Shown here: piece after piece, positions 1-12,881 of the stretch
Numbering within the stretch: the first letter of the stretch is position 1
Layout of the letters: every line of letters begins with the position of its first letter
DNA from: Spironucleus salmonicida
Taxonomy: Eukaryota
Direction of reading: 5' to 3'
NCBI RefSeq assembly: GCF_000497125.1
Contig: NC_090604.1
Location: 516,651-580,650 of the forward strand
DNA: 64,000 nt
Program-made: the position numbers and the translations under genes
Notes under the pieces: generated by a model
What the model was told of the DNA's origin: nothing
Database searches by the model: none
What the model saw: only the letters and a program-made list of their open reading frames with translations

Positions 1-630
1 ACAGGCATCCTTAGCAGTGTTGCACGAAGCGCAATTCTACACAAATCCGCATTTGCAGGCGGAATCAAGTCCTTCAGCACAAACCGTGGCTACTCCGTCC
101 TTGCAGTAGTTACCATCGGCCATACCCTCACATAGTACTGTGCATGTACCGTGAATTGTAGTAATATGCGTACTCCCATCGCACGCGTTGCAGAACGTCG
201 CCGATGAGCAAATATCACATTTATCACCACACTTCACGCACCTTTTTAAGGATATCTGGCAAAATGTCGAACCTTGGTCCTTGCAGTCGTCATTGGTATT
301 GCAGATTCTGACGCATGTGCCACCTTCCATTGTGAACCCATCGGCGCATTTCTGACATGAACTAAAAGCTGTGCATTCGCCACAGCCCTTTGCGCAGGAA
401 TCGCAGAAATTGTTGTTCAGGAAAGCGCCAGGGAGACATTTTGAACAAGAAGTACCTGTGCATACTTTGCAGTTTGTGATAACTGAATTATCCTCGCAGT
501 AGCAGCCTTAGCCGAATTTCATATCTGCGGTACAGGGAATACAGCTAACTGAAGCAGTATCTGTAGCTGGACAGAAATTACCAGCTTTACAGGTTACATC
601 TGTTCTTGTACAGGTGCCTGTGGCTGCCAT
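1..630 (-). CDS. Cysteine-rich membrane protein (CRMP1/VSP-like, type A); 3' end outside the window
   Basis: ATG at 630 after A-run; MAATGTCTRTDVTCKAGNFCPATD...; many CxxC motifs; reads through in-frame TAA (FG*GCYC, where paralogs have GQGC) and TAG at 37-39; homologous to 8117..8971. Confidence 0.9.
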
Positions 631-1186
631 TTTTAATTTAAAGATTGAAAGTATTATGAATAATGCAGCACATTGTTTAGTTTATTAGTTTCACTAATAA
701 CAATATTAATTATTTTTAATATATATTTAATTATCTCCCCAGTAAAAATTGTATATAGTAAAACTTATCTAATTATTTCTCAGTAGAAAAACAGTTTTTT
801 CTTGCATATTTCGCATTTTTACGGCGATTAATCATCGTATAGCCAACAGATTAAAAGCTTTTAAAATAATGTAAATAGAATATTGATATTATATAGTGAA
901 ATGTGAGGTCTCTTTACAACTAAAATTAGGAGGTAAGCCCTGACGAGTTTATCACTACGTTATTTTAAGTATTAAGGTTGATTCATGATTTATTGTGACT
1001 TATTTATCTGTTATTCTTGATTGACTTAACTAAGGTAAAACTACATGCGAAGCCAGGAAACTGACATAATCTAACTAATTGTAGCTATTATTGACGTGGT
1101 AAACAAGCCTCCCACGCTGTTATACCGAATATTTTAGTTACCAAAATACGTAATACAAGCACTAAAATTTGATGAATAGTTCAGGC

Positions 1187-2039
1187 TCACGTCCTAGCCT
1201 TCTTTACAAAGTAATATACCAATCCGCTGCCAACAGCCCCACCAACTACCAAAACGCCTGCCCCAATTCCTGCAATGGCTCCTCTACCAATTTTGTTCAC
1301 ATCTGCAGATTTTTCTTCTGACCAGCACATGTTACCTATAGCTTTATATCCAACTGCACAGTTTCTGCATTTTCCATTATTGTCCTCCATAACATTTGGC
1401 AAACATGCATCACAGCTATTCTTTGCAGTATTGCAAGAAGCACAGTTTCGAGCAAATCCGCATTTGCAGGCAGAATCAAGGCCTTCAGCGCAGGGCGTGG
1501 CTACACAGTCCTTGCAGTAATTTCCGTCATTCACATTCTTACAAATTCCAGTGCAAGTTCCATAAATTGTTGTAGTATAATTAACTCCTCGTAGCCGTTG
1601 CAGAACGTCGCTGAGGAGCAAATTGAACAATTATCAGCACATTTTCATATTTATTTTAGGAAATATCACAGTATTTAGAAACTTCGTCGTCGTAATTTTT
1701 ATTGCAACCACATGTCTTGACGCAATCCTTATTATGCATTGTGGACCCAGCGGCGCACTTCTAGCAGGAGTTTTTATCGGTACATTCGGCGCGACCTTTT
1801 GAGCAGTTAGAGCAGACGTTTGTAATGAGATAGGAGCCCGGGAGGCAGGTGGTGCAATTTTATCCGTTGCATTCCTTGGAATTTGTGGTAACAGAGCCAT
1901 TCTTGCAGTAGCAGCCTTGGTCGAATTTCATGTTTTCTTAGCAAGGAGTGCAATTTACGGTTACAGTATCAGTAGCTGGGCAGAAGTGACCGGCTTTGCA
2001 CTTTGTGTTAAGTTTGGTGCATGTGCCTGTCGTGGATAT
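1187..2039 (-). pseudogene. CRMP type A pseudogene
   Basis: Start codon is ATA (ISTTGTCTKLNTKCKAGHFCPATD); two frameshifts near 1645 and 1590; several Cys lost (to Ser, Arg, Tyr); intact 3' part with TM helix and KKART-TGA tail. Confidence 0.8.
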
Positions 2040-2495
2040 TTTGCTATTTTACAGGTCCAGGGAATAGATAAGATGATAAATAGGATAGTTTCTTTGTTTT
2101 GCAAGGAAAAGTATCTTGTTATATTTTATATATACTCAAACATATATTTGGAAATGTTACTTAAATTTGTTAATTATCATTTAATATAGGTTCATAAAAA
2201 TAGTATTATGAGACTTTAGTTTTTGTTAATAGTATTATTAGCAGAAATAAATAACTAAGATGCAAAAATCGTAAAATTTATAAATATATTAGTAATACCC
2301 ATTAATTCTATCTCAAGCATCTTCATAGAAATCAACAAATCCTTCTTGCTGCAGAACCCCAATTAGTTATAACTATATAACTCAAATCCGTTCATGTAGT
2401 TTATACTATAAAATGAAGTAAGTACCCGCCTGAGCTTTACCCACCATATTTACCTAGCAAAATTATTTAACTTCTCCTCATCAGTTACAATTTTA

Positions 2496-3272
2496 TCACT
2501 TCTTCCCCTTCCTAACAAAATAGTAAGCCAATCCGCCCCCAACTGCCCCAACAACCAGCAACACCCCAATAACGATTCCCGTCACTGCCCCGCCGCTCAA
2601 ATTCTGGGTATTAACTTCCGGTTCGGGAACTACCGGCTCGGGAGCAGGTGGTACAGGTACCTCACCTGCTACCACCTCGTCCTTAGTGCAGATTTTTCCT
2701 ACCATGACGAGGCCATCTGCGCACTCCGAACACTTCCCGTCTGCGCCAATTTTCATGTTTTTCAGGCACAAGCTGCAGCTTTTCGCATCATTGGAACACT
2801 GAGCACAGTTTTTAGGCCCCTCACACACGCACTAGGAAGTGGAATTCCGATTGCATTGCTATGTATCGGAGATTGAGCAGTAGTAATAATTCATATTCGT
2901 GTTGCAACGCTACGCGCACTGGCCATCTATCAAGGTTGTGGGCTTGTCGCTAGAGTCATCGCAAGCCGCACAAAATTTGAAAGAGGTGCAGGTGTTACAG
3001 CCCTTGGCGCAGCGCTTGCAGGTTTTACTGGTGCCGTCACAGAACCCGGAGCCTTTGTCACGGCACTCCTTGTTCGTGGTGCACGTATCTTCTGCCGGCT
3101 CCGAAGGTACGGGATCGCTTGGGTCATATTTATCGGCTGGACTCTCGCTCTGCTGGTGGGGGGCGCAGAGTCCTTGGGAGAGGTGGTATCCGGGTGTGCA
3201 GGCGGTGCATACCTCGTTGTCGCAGGATGCGCAGTTGGGGGTGGTTTTGGTGCATATTACGGAATCTGTCAT
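2496..3272 (-). CDS. Cysteine-rich membrane protein (type B, Pro-rich linkers), 258 aa
   Basis: Joins ORF-track pieces 2910..3305 and 2496..2828 through three in-frame TAG=Gln; MTDSVICTKTTPNCASC...[38 protein letters not shown]. Confidence 0.92.
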
Positions 3273-4399
3273 TTTGGTTAATACGTAATTATAAAAATTA
3301 GGCAATATAGTAAGCCTTTTAGTTTTTAGTTTTTAATATGTGATAATATATAAATAAAAACGTAAATAAAATCATTCTAAAAATAAAATATATCGTCGTG
3401 GATGAGTAATAGCCTTAAATGCAATAATTTGGATAATGTACTTAATTCGCTTCAAATGTGTTTATACAAACATCATGAAAACTAGCATACTGCAAATATA
3501 AGTTAGCGTGCTTTTAAGTAAAGGTAATATAAGTACATTATAGTATTGATTCGAAATATAGGAGAGAACAAAGTTAAAGCTAATATTTTTGATATGATTA
3601 AGTATAACATCCGAATCATATATTATTTTCTAAAATTTGGTTTCGACCTGTTTCCACTAGTCATAAATAGTGCTAGTGAATGAGAACCGAGAATAGCTGC
3701 AACTGCCTTGCTTAGATAGTGAGGCCGTGCCTGGTGTTGGACACATGACTTAGCCTATCTACAATATCGAATAGGAGTACCAGGTTAAAGAATGCGATAC
3801 TGTCCTACCAATTAGGATCCATTCTGCCTGCTCTAGGTAGACTCACCGGAGTCCTACTAGCATGGCCCATGGCCCAATACAAAGGTGCTATCCTATTGAC
3901 TTTCTACTTTGACGTACCTACTGCTCTGCATGGTTTAGTGTGGTTACTTTTAGGTGGTGCCATAACTTCCCTACAGCGCGCCCCTTCTACCAGTACAGCT
4001 GCTCTACCCGGGATATCCTTCCTAACAAACTACCTATACCGTGCTTACATTAGTTAGAGTCATCAATCGCAAATTTAAAACCTACCAAATACTAAAGTTC
4101 AAATATAACTTCGCTAGCAACTGCAGTAAAATACGGATACTAATATACCCATAGCATGCAAAGTAACCATGTAATAGATTCTAATTTCTAGGCTTAATGT
4201 GCACACTATGCGCATTCCATGCGAAATAGGACCACGACATATGAGTTAGCGCCTCTCGTTCTAGCTACTCTTCTTTCATGATAGTATTGCTAGCATGTAT
4301 TTCTCTATATATATAAATCTGCTAAAATATAGAATCAGCATCGTCAAATACATTTACATCATTTTGAAACTTTCGATATTTTATCATTCACGATGCGGA

Positions 4400-7300
4400 C
4401 AGTAAAATGTTCAAAACTCAAAAAAATCGAAAATTCAAAAATAACAAATTTATTGGGCAGGGACGAGTAACTACTACTAAACTTAATATTTGATCGCAAC
4501 AAACTAACCTTATTCAACCATTAATTCTGCTATTTCAGATCATACTGGTAATCATTACGCCTTATAGTGCTTTATGCAGAATTAAGTTGCAAGAAAATTA
4601 AAGCTAATAGTTTAAATTTCCATCTTGAAGCAACTGCAAAGATTTTCTAGTTCTGCATACATTTATAAGAAATACTTACTTATCAGCAAGAAGAGTTACC
4701 TTAAGGGATCACTAAACCGCGACTAATCCTCCAAACATATAATTATTTTCGATGTGCAGCCCGCAATTCCTGCAGTCCACCTTGCCTTGCTTAATTACGA
4801 CGAATTCATAAATTTCATACGGCCTTTTGTGTATCCAGCCACTTTACATATCCTATGAATTCGCTATCCCCATACCAATAATTGGCCAGAACCTTGCCTC
4901 AAAGCCTGCACCCTGTCCCTATAATTGTTGTGTAGCGTTCTCATTACAGGAGAACATTCGGTGCATTCCCTGCAGCACCAGGAGCTACCTGGTATTTTGT
5001 ATGTTAGAATGTGCCCTTGGATCATGGTTTATCCTATGTTATTTATTATTTAGCGGCACTGACTGACTCTTGCAGTTATCTGAAACTTCCGTGCAGATGT
5101 AGCAAGTCCCCATAAATTTGCTTAGCACGCTTCGTATTTAGTATGGTGAGCAGCGCCATAGGCAGTGCAGGTTGTATGGGTTAACTTCCGTTCATCTTTA
5201 GAAAAGTATAGCTTTTGCACTGGAGAGGAACTATTTGAATAGGTTTTGCGGCTTGCAGAGATGGAAACTCATCATCGCAGTTTTTATAGCGAATGTAACA
5301 GGTTGCAGGAATCGTTACAAATGCACGCTCCTTATATTAGTAAAAAGTTATCTCCGGATGCAACTCATGATGTTTAGATCACTGCATTGCATATTATGCA
5401 GTTTTCGGCGAATGCTTTACCAGTATCTATAGAGATACACTATTTCAGCACCAGAAGAAATTCACCAATGCGAGTTGAAGATATTATTGGTTAGAGAAAG
5501 CGCAGTTTAACACTTTTGATGCCATTTTTGCATCAACGCTTGGACATACAGAGCAACTGCACTAGCAGGTAGTTAGATCGCAACCGCGCCAGCGACTGGG
5601 AGTCTACTTCCCACATGACGAACACTCACTCCCCAGCTTTATGCTAATTCTGACAAAGCACGAGCCAGCTAGTGTCGGAAATACTTCCTTCCGATTCTAA
5701 CATTTAACAGGATTCTCCTTGTTGCATCAAGAGAAATTTTCATCAGGACCTATCTAAACCTTTAGAATGAGAGATTTCTTGTATAGACGTGAAATTACAT
5801 TCACAGGTATTTCAATCTTCGACATCGGCAGAGCGGTCTTGCAGTTTACGCACTCCTACCCAGCTAAGGCGTATTCAGCAGACCCAGAAATAGATGCTAG
5901 CAACACAAAGTACCCGCTGCGCCTGTTTTGCGGTTCATGTGCCTGCAATGCTCGGGCAGCAACTGGAACCTGTTTTACGCATTTCTGGCTCATCGCCCCA
6001 ACAACCCTCGCAATTCGAATCACTGTTGTCCTCTGCTTTGTAACATCGCTAACACTGCATTTCCCTCACTATAGGAAAGAGCTAATTGCAGGTTTCGCAG
6101 TTGCTCCCACCTGCCTGCAGGAACCATGCTGATACAATCGGCAGTTCAAGTACCTGCGGTTTCCGGTTGGGACGCAGAGGAATTCCTGGAATTCGCTTTC
6201 CAGCTTCTAGGATCAAGTTTCATCACAGTCACCACTATCAGAAACCGCTATCGGATTGCGGTCACCACAATCACGTTAATGCCTGTTTTGGAGCACCTAT
6301 TTTCAATCTGAAAACGTATCCGCGTTGAACGTTATACACGCATCGTTGCTAGAATAAACATCATAACCCCTGGAGCAGACCTTATTATAGTGCAACCCCG
6401 TCAGCACAGCCCTGCAAGTTTTAGGCCTCAGGAACTTTTAAAATTCTTAATACAACCTCTTCAAATATTCTGCAATAGCTGGTTTTACCAAAACTATCCA
6501 CGTCAGAAACTTGCCGTCCTAGCATTCCTATTACTCAATTTTAAGCCAACTAGCTCAATCTAAATTTTTTTTGGCGCTTGGTGAATTAATGTGTATTAGC
6601 AGATTTACCCAGGGTACTAAAAGTTTTGTGCGAGCTGCATTATATTGAAATACCTATCATCGTAAAAAGTACATTCCAAGTCACTACCGCATTCCTTGCA
6701 GCGATTTTCACCCGCCTCACATTTTCATATCTTAAGTTGTGAATTTAGCCGTATAATACGCACTATCATTGTATATTGCCTGTACCATAATTACTTGTAA
6801 TTGCGATACATTTGTTACAATTTTCAAATTTAACGCAAAATTAAGTAGTTTTATATTTATTATGTTCCCCGGATTCGTTTTTTTACAGGTTCATATATAG
6901 ATCGTATATTCCAGTAGGCTGGATTTATTTTGGAGTATTCTTATAATAGATGTAGGTTTCGTTGCATTTAGAGCATTTATTACTATTGTTGGGAAATAAT
7001 CCGTTTTAGCAAATTTTGTAGGTGGTCGCGTTCTTCCAAATTAGACAATTTTTATGGCAGACTGAACACAATTTATCAAACAAGAAAAAATCTTACATTT
7101 CGTACACGTGCTAGTGTTGCATTCTGAGCAATTTTGTTGGCAAGTATTGCATTAATTATCGGATAGTTTGAATTCCTCAAAACAAGCTGAGCAGCTTTTA
7201 TCATCAATACAGGTTTTGCAGTCATTCCTGCATTATATGCATTTAGCTTCGTCTCCTAAAAATCTATCTGGCTGGAATTTATCACATGCTGGATTAATTC

Positions 7301-7604
7301 CTCATTGAAGGCAGTTATCTGGACACTTTTTGCACGTATTTTCTTCCAACTTAAAACCGGATACGCATGTAAGACAATTAGAATCTGCATTAAAGGAAGC
7401 ACAGTTTGTAGAGCACTTTTTACAGAGGTTATTGTGAACCGAGTATCCCAGATTGCATTAATCACACGTTCTTCGACTATACAGCTAACATTCTGCACAA
7501 TTATAAACTCTGCATGCGGAACATGGTTTATTCCACATACTCCTGTCCAATTCACATACAAAGCCAATTGGGCATGTCTGACTCCAGCATATGTACTCTG
7601 ACAT
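4400..7604 (-). pseudogene. Long CxxC-rich membrane protein pseudogene (CRMP2/HCMP-like), unit copy 1
   Basis: ATG 7604 MSEYICWSQTCPIGFVC...; in-frame TGA at 7302-7304 at an expected Cys (CLQ*G); frameshifts from ~7090 onward; CxxC remnants continue to a degenerate hydrophobic segment near 4440-4520; 3' boundary approximate. Confidence 0.72.
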
Positions 7605-8116
7605 TTTTGGAAAAGTGTCAGAAGATAAAGTATATAAATTTATAAATTAGTAGTGGTTAGTTTCTGAATAAGGTATTGTATATTGATTTTTCTTGCATGC
7701 ATATGTTACTAAATTACCGGTGAACAACTTTTTAAAATGGCTATATTTAGCAATAATTCACTATGGAGGAAACTTAAACTAGAAAATGATGTAGGTTACG
7801 AGATGATTTACTAATTATAAAAAATTATTATAATAATTGAATTATTTCGATATATCTTTTATATATAAATAATCATATAAGAGAAGATTAAGTGTGAGAA
7901 ACTACTTTATTAATACTGGAATATATTATAAGTCTATATAAAATATATAAGTTTGAAAAATTACACTTATACTATTATAAAAATTAAAAACTGAGTTAAA
8001 TTGTATTGTATAATATATGCAAAACATTACAACCTAACAGTCATTTTACTGAATTTGACAAGTAATATCATTAGTAAGATAAATTACTAAATTTCCTGAA
8101 TATAGACGGATTTCCA

Positions 8117-8971
8117 TCACTTTTTAGCCTTTTTAATTAAATAAAATGCCAGACAACTCCCAACTGCCCCAACGACCGCCAAAACACCAACCACGATACC
8201 CACAATCACCCCAGTACCAATTCTGTTGACCTCTCCAGATTTTTCGTCCGCCCAGCACATATCGCCAATAAATTTATATCCAACAGCACATGTATTACAG
8301 GCTCCGTTATTTCCCTTAACTACATTGGGCAAGCACGTCTCACAGGCATCCTTAGAGGTGGTGCACGAAGCGCAATTGAAAGCGAATCCGCATTAGCAAG
8401 CAGAATCAAGCCCCGCAACACAGGCCGTAGCCATTCCGTTTTTGCAATATTTTCCGTCTTCCATATCCTTACAAGTCGGTGTACATTATCCAGCTATCGT
8501 TGTTATATGAGTAGTCCCATCGCACGCGTTGCAGAACATCGCCGAAGAGCAAATATCACATTTATCACCACACTTCACGCACCTCTTTGAGGATATCTCG
8601 CAAAAGGTCGAACCATCATTATCGCAGTCATCATTGCTATTGCACACTTTGACGCATTTGCCACGTTCCATTACGAACCTATCAGCGCATTTCTCGCATG
8701 AATTGGATTTGGTGCATGCGCCACAGCCTTTTGAGCATTTCTTGCAGGCATTTCCACTGAGATAAGTGCCAAGGAGGCATGTTGAACAAGTAGTACCATT
8801 GCATTCCTGACAATTTGTTGTCACTATATTATCCTTACAGTGGCAGCCTTGACCAAAGGCAATCTCTTCTGTGCACGGTTTACAGGCAACTGTATTATGA
8901 TCGGTAGCTGGGCAAAAATGATTTGCCATACAGTTAGTGTCACGTTGAGTACATGTGCCAGGATCTGCCAT
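8117..8971 (-). CDS. Cysteine-rich membrane protein (CRMP1-like, type A), 284 aa, copy 1
   Basis: MADPGTCTQRDTNC...HITTIAG(TAA)CTPTCKD...DSAC(TAA)CGFAFNC...GVIVGIVVGVLAVVGAVGSCLAFYLIKKAKK-TGA; continuous under table 6. Confidence 0.93.
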
Positions 8972-10709
8972 TTTAAAAATAGAATATGGTATTTCACCTG
9001 ATAATATGGAAGAAAAAGATATTGCATATTAAACTTCATGAGACATGCATATATATCACTTTACGTTATAATTTAAAACCAAACTCAAATATTTTTAGTT
9101 TGTGATTGGTATATAATGTCAAATATATTACACAAATATAAAAGAAACTTAACAAGACAAATATATTGAATTATATTTAACTGGGCGCTAGGACAACGAT
9201 CAGCAGCCCACAGTAAAGCGTGGTCCGCTCTTGCCCATTTTCCAATACTTCCACTCCAAAAATAGATTTAACATAATATTCCATTCCAATTATACAGCTC
9301 CACTCCAAATTAGTAAGCCACATTATTATAGACTCACTATCAGATTTAAACTAAGTCGGCCAACCAGCGTAAATTTCCTTTGGCGTTTGGGCCTCCCAAA
9401 GCCACTAAAAAGTTAGTTGGCACTGTCCAAATTGCGACCACTAAACATTGCCCAGCTACCTTTATCCCTGAGCGCAACCCCGCTGCACTGCCTTTCTTGG
9501 CATCGGCCATTGTGCCCATTACGTTACAGCATCAGAGTTTTTGACGCAGAACCGGCCCGAATATCATGCTTCTAGTATCAGTAAGTACGGAGGGGGATCT
9601 TGGCAGCCTTCTGTGAGATGGGCTTCGCGGGCTGGGACGCTATCCGGAGCTGCGATGGCCTGACTTAGTACCTCCAAGGTGCGTGGTGGACCACGATGGG
9701 CATATCAGCTGCTGCCCTGTATTGCGCTCCTGGAAAGTATCACCGTTAGCAAAATACTATTCTTACGCATGCCCAGCACACCAGATCGAGTACTAATGTG
9801 TTCATTCTACAGTTTCAGGGGACGTGTAAGAGGAGGAACGCGAGTGTGCAGCAGAGGTTGCAGAGGACATCGTAGCAGGGCGTAGCGATACCGGTGGCCT
9901 ATGTGTAGATAAGTGTACTGACTCCTGTAGCGGCATATCAGCGACGCTCACGGTATTCCCACTCGGAAAGTGTACTAGTGATGAGGCTCTGCATGCCCCA
10001 GCCAGGCAGCAATATGCAGCGAGGTCTGGTATTTAAAGGCCAGCTACGTCCCCATGCTTCCCAGAGCCTTCCGCATGAAGTTCCAGAACATATAACATTC
10101 CAGATTAAATATAAAATCCCTTCTATCTCAAGTTTACTTTCTCCAAAGTTAAGTATTATGCAGAGAGCCCGCCCGCCCTGCAGGATTTGCAGGTGCAGCG
10201 CGTCTAGCACCACCAGCTGACCCATTCAGGTAAAGCAAAATTATTAGTACTATCCATTCCCCGCTACAACTACCCTCCCATCACCACTCCAGTGCTAGAG
10301 GATCGGATCACGCTACCTACGCCTTTGCTGCACGGGCGTCGGACAGCAAGCTTTGGTACCACCTGCGGGGTACCTTCACGATGCAGTTTCGGCGAACGAG
10401 GATACTTGGTTGCGGGTATAACTATATAGTCCTGCACCTGGTTTCTTCCCTTCAGGCCGCACGCGAACCCTGAGCTAGTAGGGATTTGGTGGGAAAGCGC
10501 GGTGATGCCTGCACGCTCAGGCCCATGCAAAATGGTCCATCCTGCGCTGCTAGGCTTAAACTGAGTGGAGTTCCGCACTTAGGCGTTTACATTTGTAAAG
10601 GAACGCTCCACACTGGGGCGGAATGCCAAATCGATAGTGGGATAGCACCCTCTAGCATGGACTATGCCCAGCGCTGCAACCCACATCCCTCAAATTTCCA
10701 CAGAAAACC

Positions 10710-12212
10710 TCACTAGGCCATCGTCTGGCACTGAATCATCACGAATACCGGAGCCAGAGTTCACTGCCAGGAACAACCCGAGACAGGAGAGCTAGGCCGC
10801 GAGGAACATCACGTAATTGTCGTAGTCGTTCTCGGTGCTCGCCGTGAAGACGCTGGACCAGCAGCCAGGATGCCGGCGATGCCCGGTTGGTCTGGTACGC
10901 GAGGATCTGCATCGCCCCTTCGAGTCAATGGAGATTTGAAGGACTGCCAGAACACGACCTCTAGCCTGCTGCTAGTTATCACCAGCTACATGGTGTCGTT
11001 AGTGTACGTGCAAAGGTCGTCGAAGGCGCTGCGGACCCGGAGGGAAATCTTGTCGCTACTTGAGACGGCAATAACGGTCAAATAGATGCATTGTTTGACA
11101 CCTTACGCCCGCATGTAGAACGGCAACATATGTCCCAACTCGCGTCGCGCTAATTGCTCTAGGCGTACAGATTCATACTTTCTGTAAACACCCTGGACCG
11201 ATCTCTTGAGCTAGCAAAATATTCGTTTTCCCGTATGCTTCTAGCGAATACCCCGCAGTTACCAGAATAATTTGGTCCTAGTAGGTAAGCATTGAGATGA
11301 AGTCTGCAGCAACGCTATCTGCACTAATTACACACTCCGGATGACTGCTGAACTGATCATGGTCCAAATATACCTGTCCGGGTCAAATAGCGCGTAATGC
11401 TGGTTCTCTCGCCGCACGCCAATGAGCCGTCAGCTTACTGCCGTATTGCGTCTTAAATAACTATCGTCTCGACTCCGACAGTATCGTAAATAAGCCCACG
11501 CCAAATCTGTACTACAGACTAGTAGTAATAAATCAATTATAGTATAGCACGTTTTCTTTTCAATCTCGTCAACAATTTCCCTACATCGCAGCTAGCAACG
11601 GGTGACACGGTTGTGAACGTACGGCTTCTTGTATTCGCCAGCGTCGGTGCCTCACTCAAAGTCCCTAATGACGAGATTTGTAGTATTCTGCTAAAAGGTG
11701 ATCCTGGGGTGCAGTTTCGCATCCTCCGGCATCGTGCAGTCGTTCGGCGACAGCTCAAAAAATATCTTCTTGTCGCCTTGGATCGCAGAATAGGAGAAGG
11801 CCAGGTTGCTCCAGTAGGAGGAGACGTCCGCTATCGGGTACTTAATCTGGTTCAGAGTTCCCCGGTAGTCGCCTGCCTTCTGGATTTTTACTACGTACTC
11901 GGCGCTGACTATTTCGATCAGGGTCGTGATCAGCGCTGGGTGAGGCTCGCTATCGGAAATACGAGCTCGTTCGTTCGTGACGTTGGCGCGGTAGCCGAAA
12001 GGGCGGGCAGTGAATACTGGGATACTACTGGTCGTTGTACCCTCGTAAATGAGCTCCGCAGCGGCGTCGGAGCGTCAAGCGCGAGGCAGAGGGTCCAGCG
12101 GCACCTGTGGTATGAGGAAGCCAGTCAATAGTCTGAACTGTATTTCTCCCTCTAAGTACGATTCCGTGGAGAAGCAGTTTGGGGCCGATGCGCACAGAGC
12201 AATTATGAGCAT
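10710..12212 (-). pseudogene. Pseudogene of a signal-peptide / type I membrane protein (not Cys-rich), copy 1
   Basis: MLIIALCASAPNCFSTESYLEGEIQFRLLTGFLIP...; strong C/G third-position bias; in-frame TGA at 12075-12077 and 11652-11654; frameshifts; hydrophobic end (DNYVMFLAAQLSCLGLFLAV) near 10760-10830. Confidence 0.6.
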
Positions 12213-12881
12213 TCTGGCCAAAGATAATATTATGATATTATATTAGTATGGTAATTATGTTCGTTGTTGCTTTTACGCTTATTTGGATTTCATATAATAG
12301 GCGTAACCCGAAACAAGGTGTTATTCTGGAAAAATATGATAATGTGGAGTAGATAGTATCCTAGGCATAAATAGTCCAAAACAGCAGTTTGGTAACAGGT
12401 ACTTATATATCATGCCGGTTTATAGTTAATAAACACGAACCTCGTAGTATTTTAATTAATTTAATTACACTTGTTTATGCACCATCTCGCCAGTGCAACA
12501 CACCATTAACTACTAGCAGGAACTCCCAGCTAGGTTTGAGCAACTACCTGTCCTCTTTCTGCAAGAAACTAAAATAATTACTATAGCATATAATATACAA
12601 ATAATCCAATAAACCACAACTTCAATATGCTCTTATATACACTTATTTACGATAACAATTCCTTCCAACAACCTCTTAATCAGAGCGGTCAAAAAGCAAC
12701 AAACCCGCCTAGGCCGAATAACACGGGGGTCGGGATTCCTCTTTTCACATTTACGATGCATTCTCTGACACGACTTCGTAAATGCATCCCTCTTAGCGCA
12801 GCAAGCCAGGCCGCAAAGTGGTTCGGGTGATGGTAACACGCTGCTGACCTTGAGCGACATTTGCCTAAGCCGTAGAATAGC

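Noticed and set aside
7302-7304. In-frame TGA at Cys positions (also 12075 and in the relics) as selenocysteine or readthrough
   Set aside because: The same genes carry frameshifts and lost start codons, TGY to TGA is a single-base change, and I saw no SECIS-like evidence
11613-12131. 172-aa + strand ORF (and copies at 24319 and 36894)
   Set aside because: Antisense shadow of the minus-strand membrane-protein pseudogene; its 5' part is frameshifted between copies
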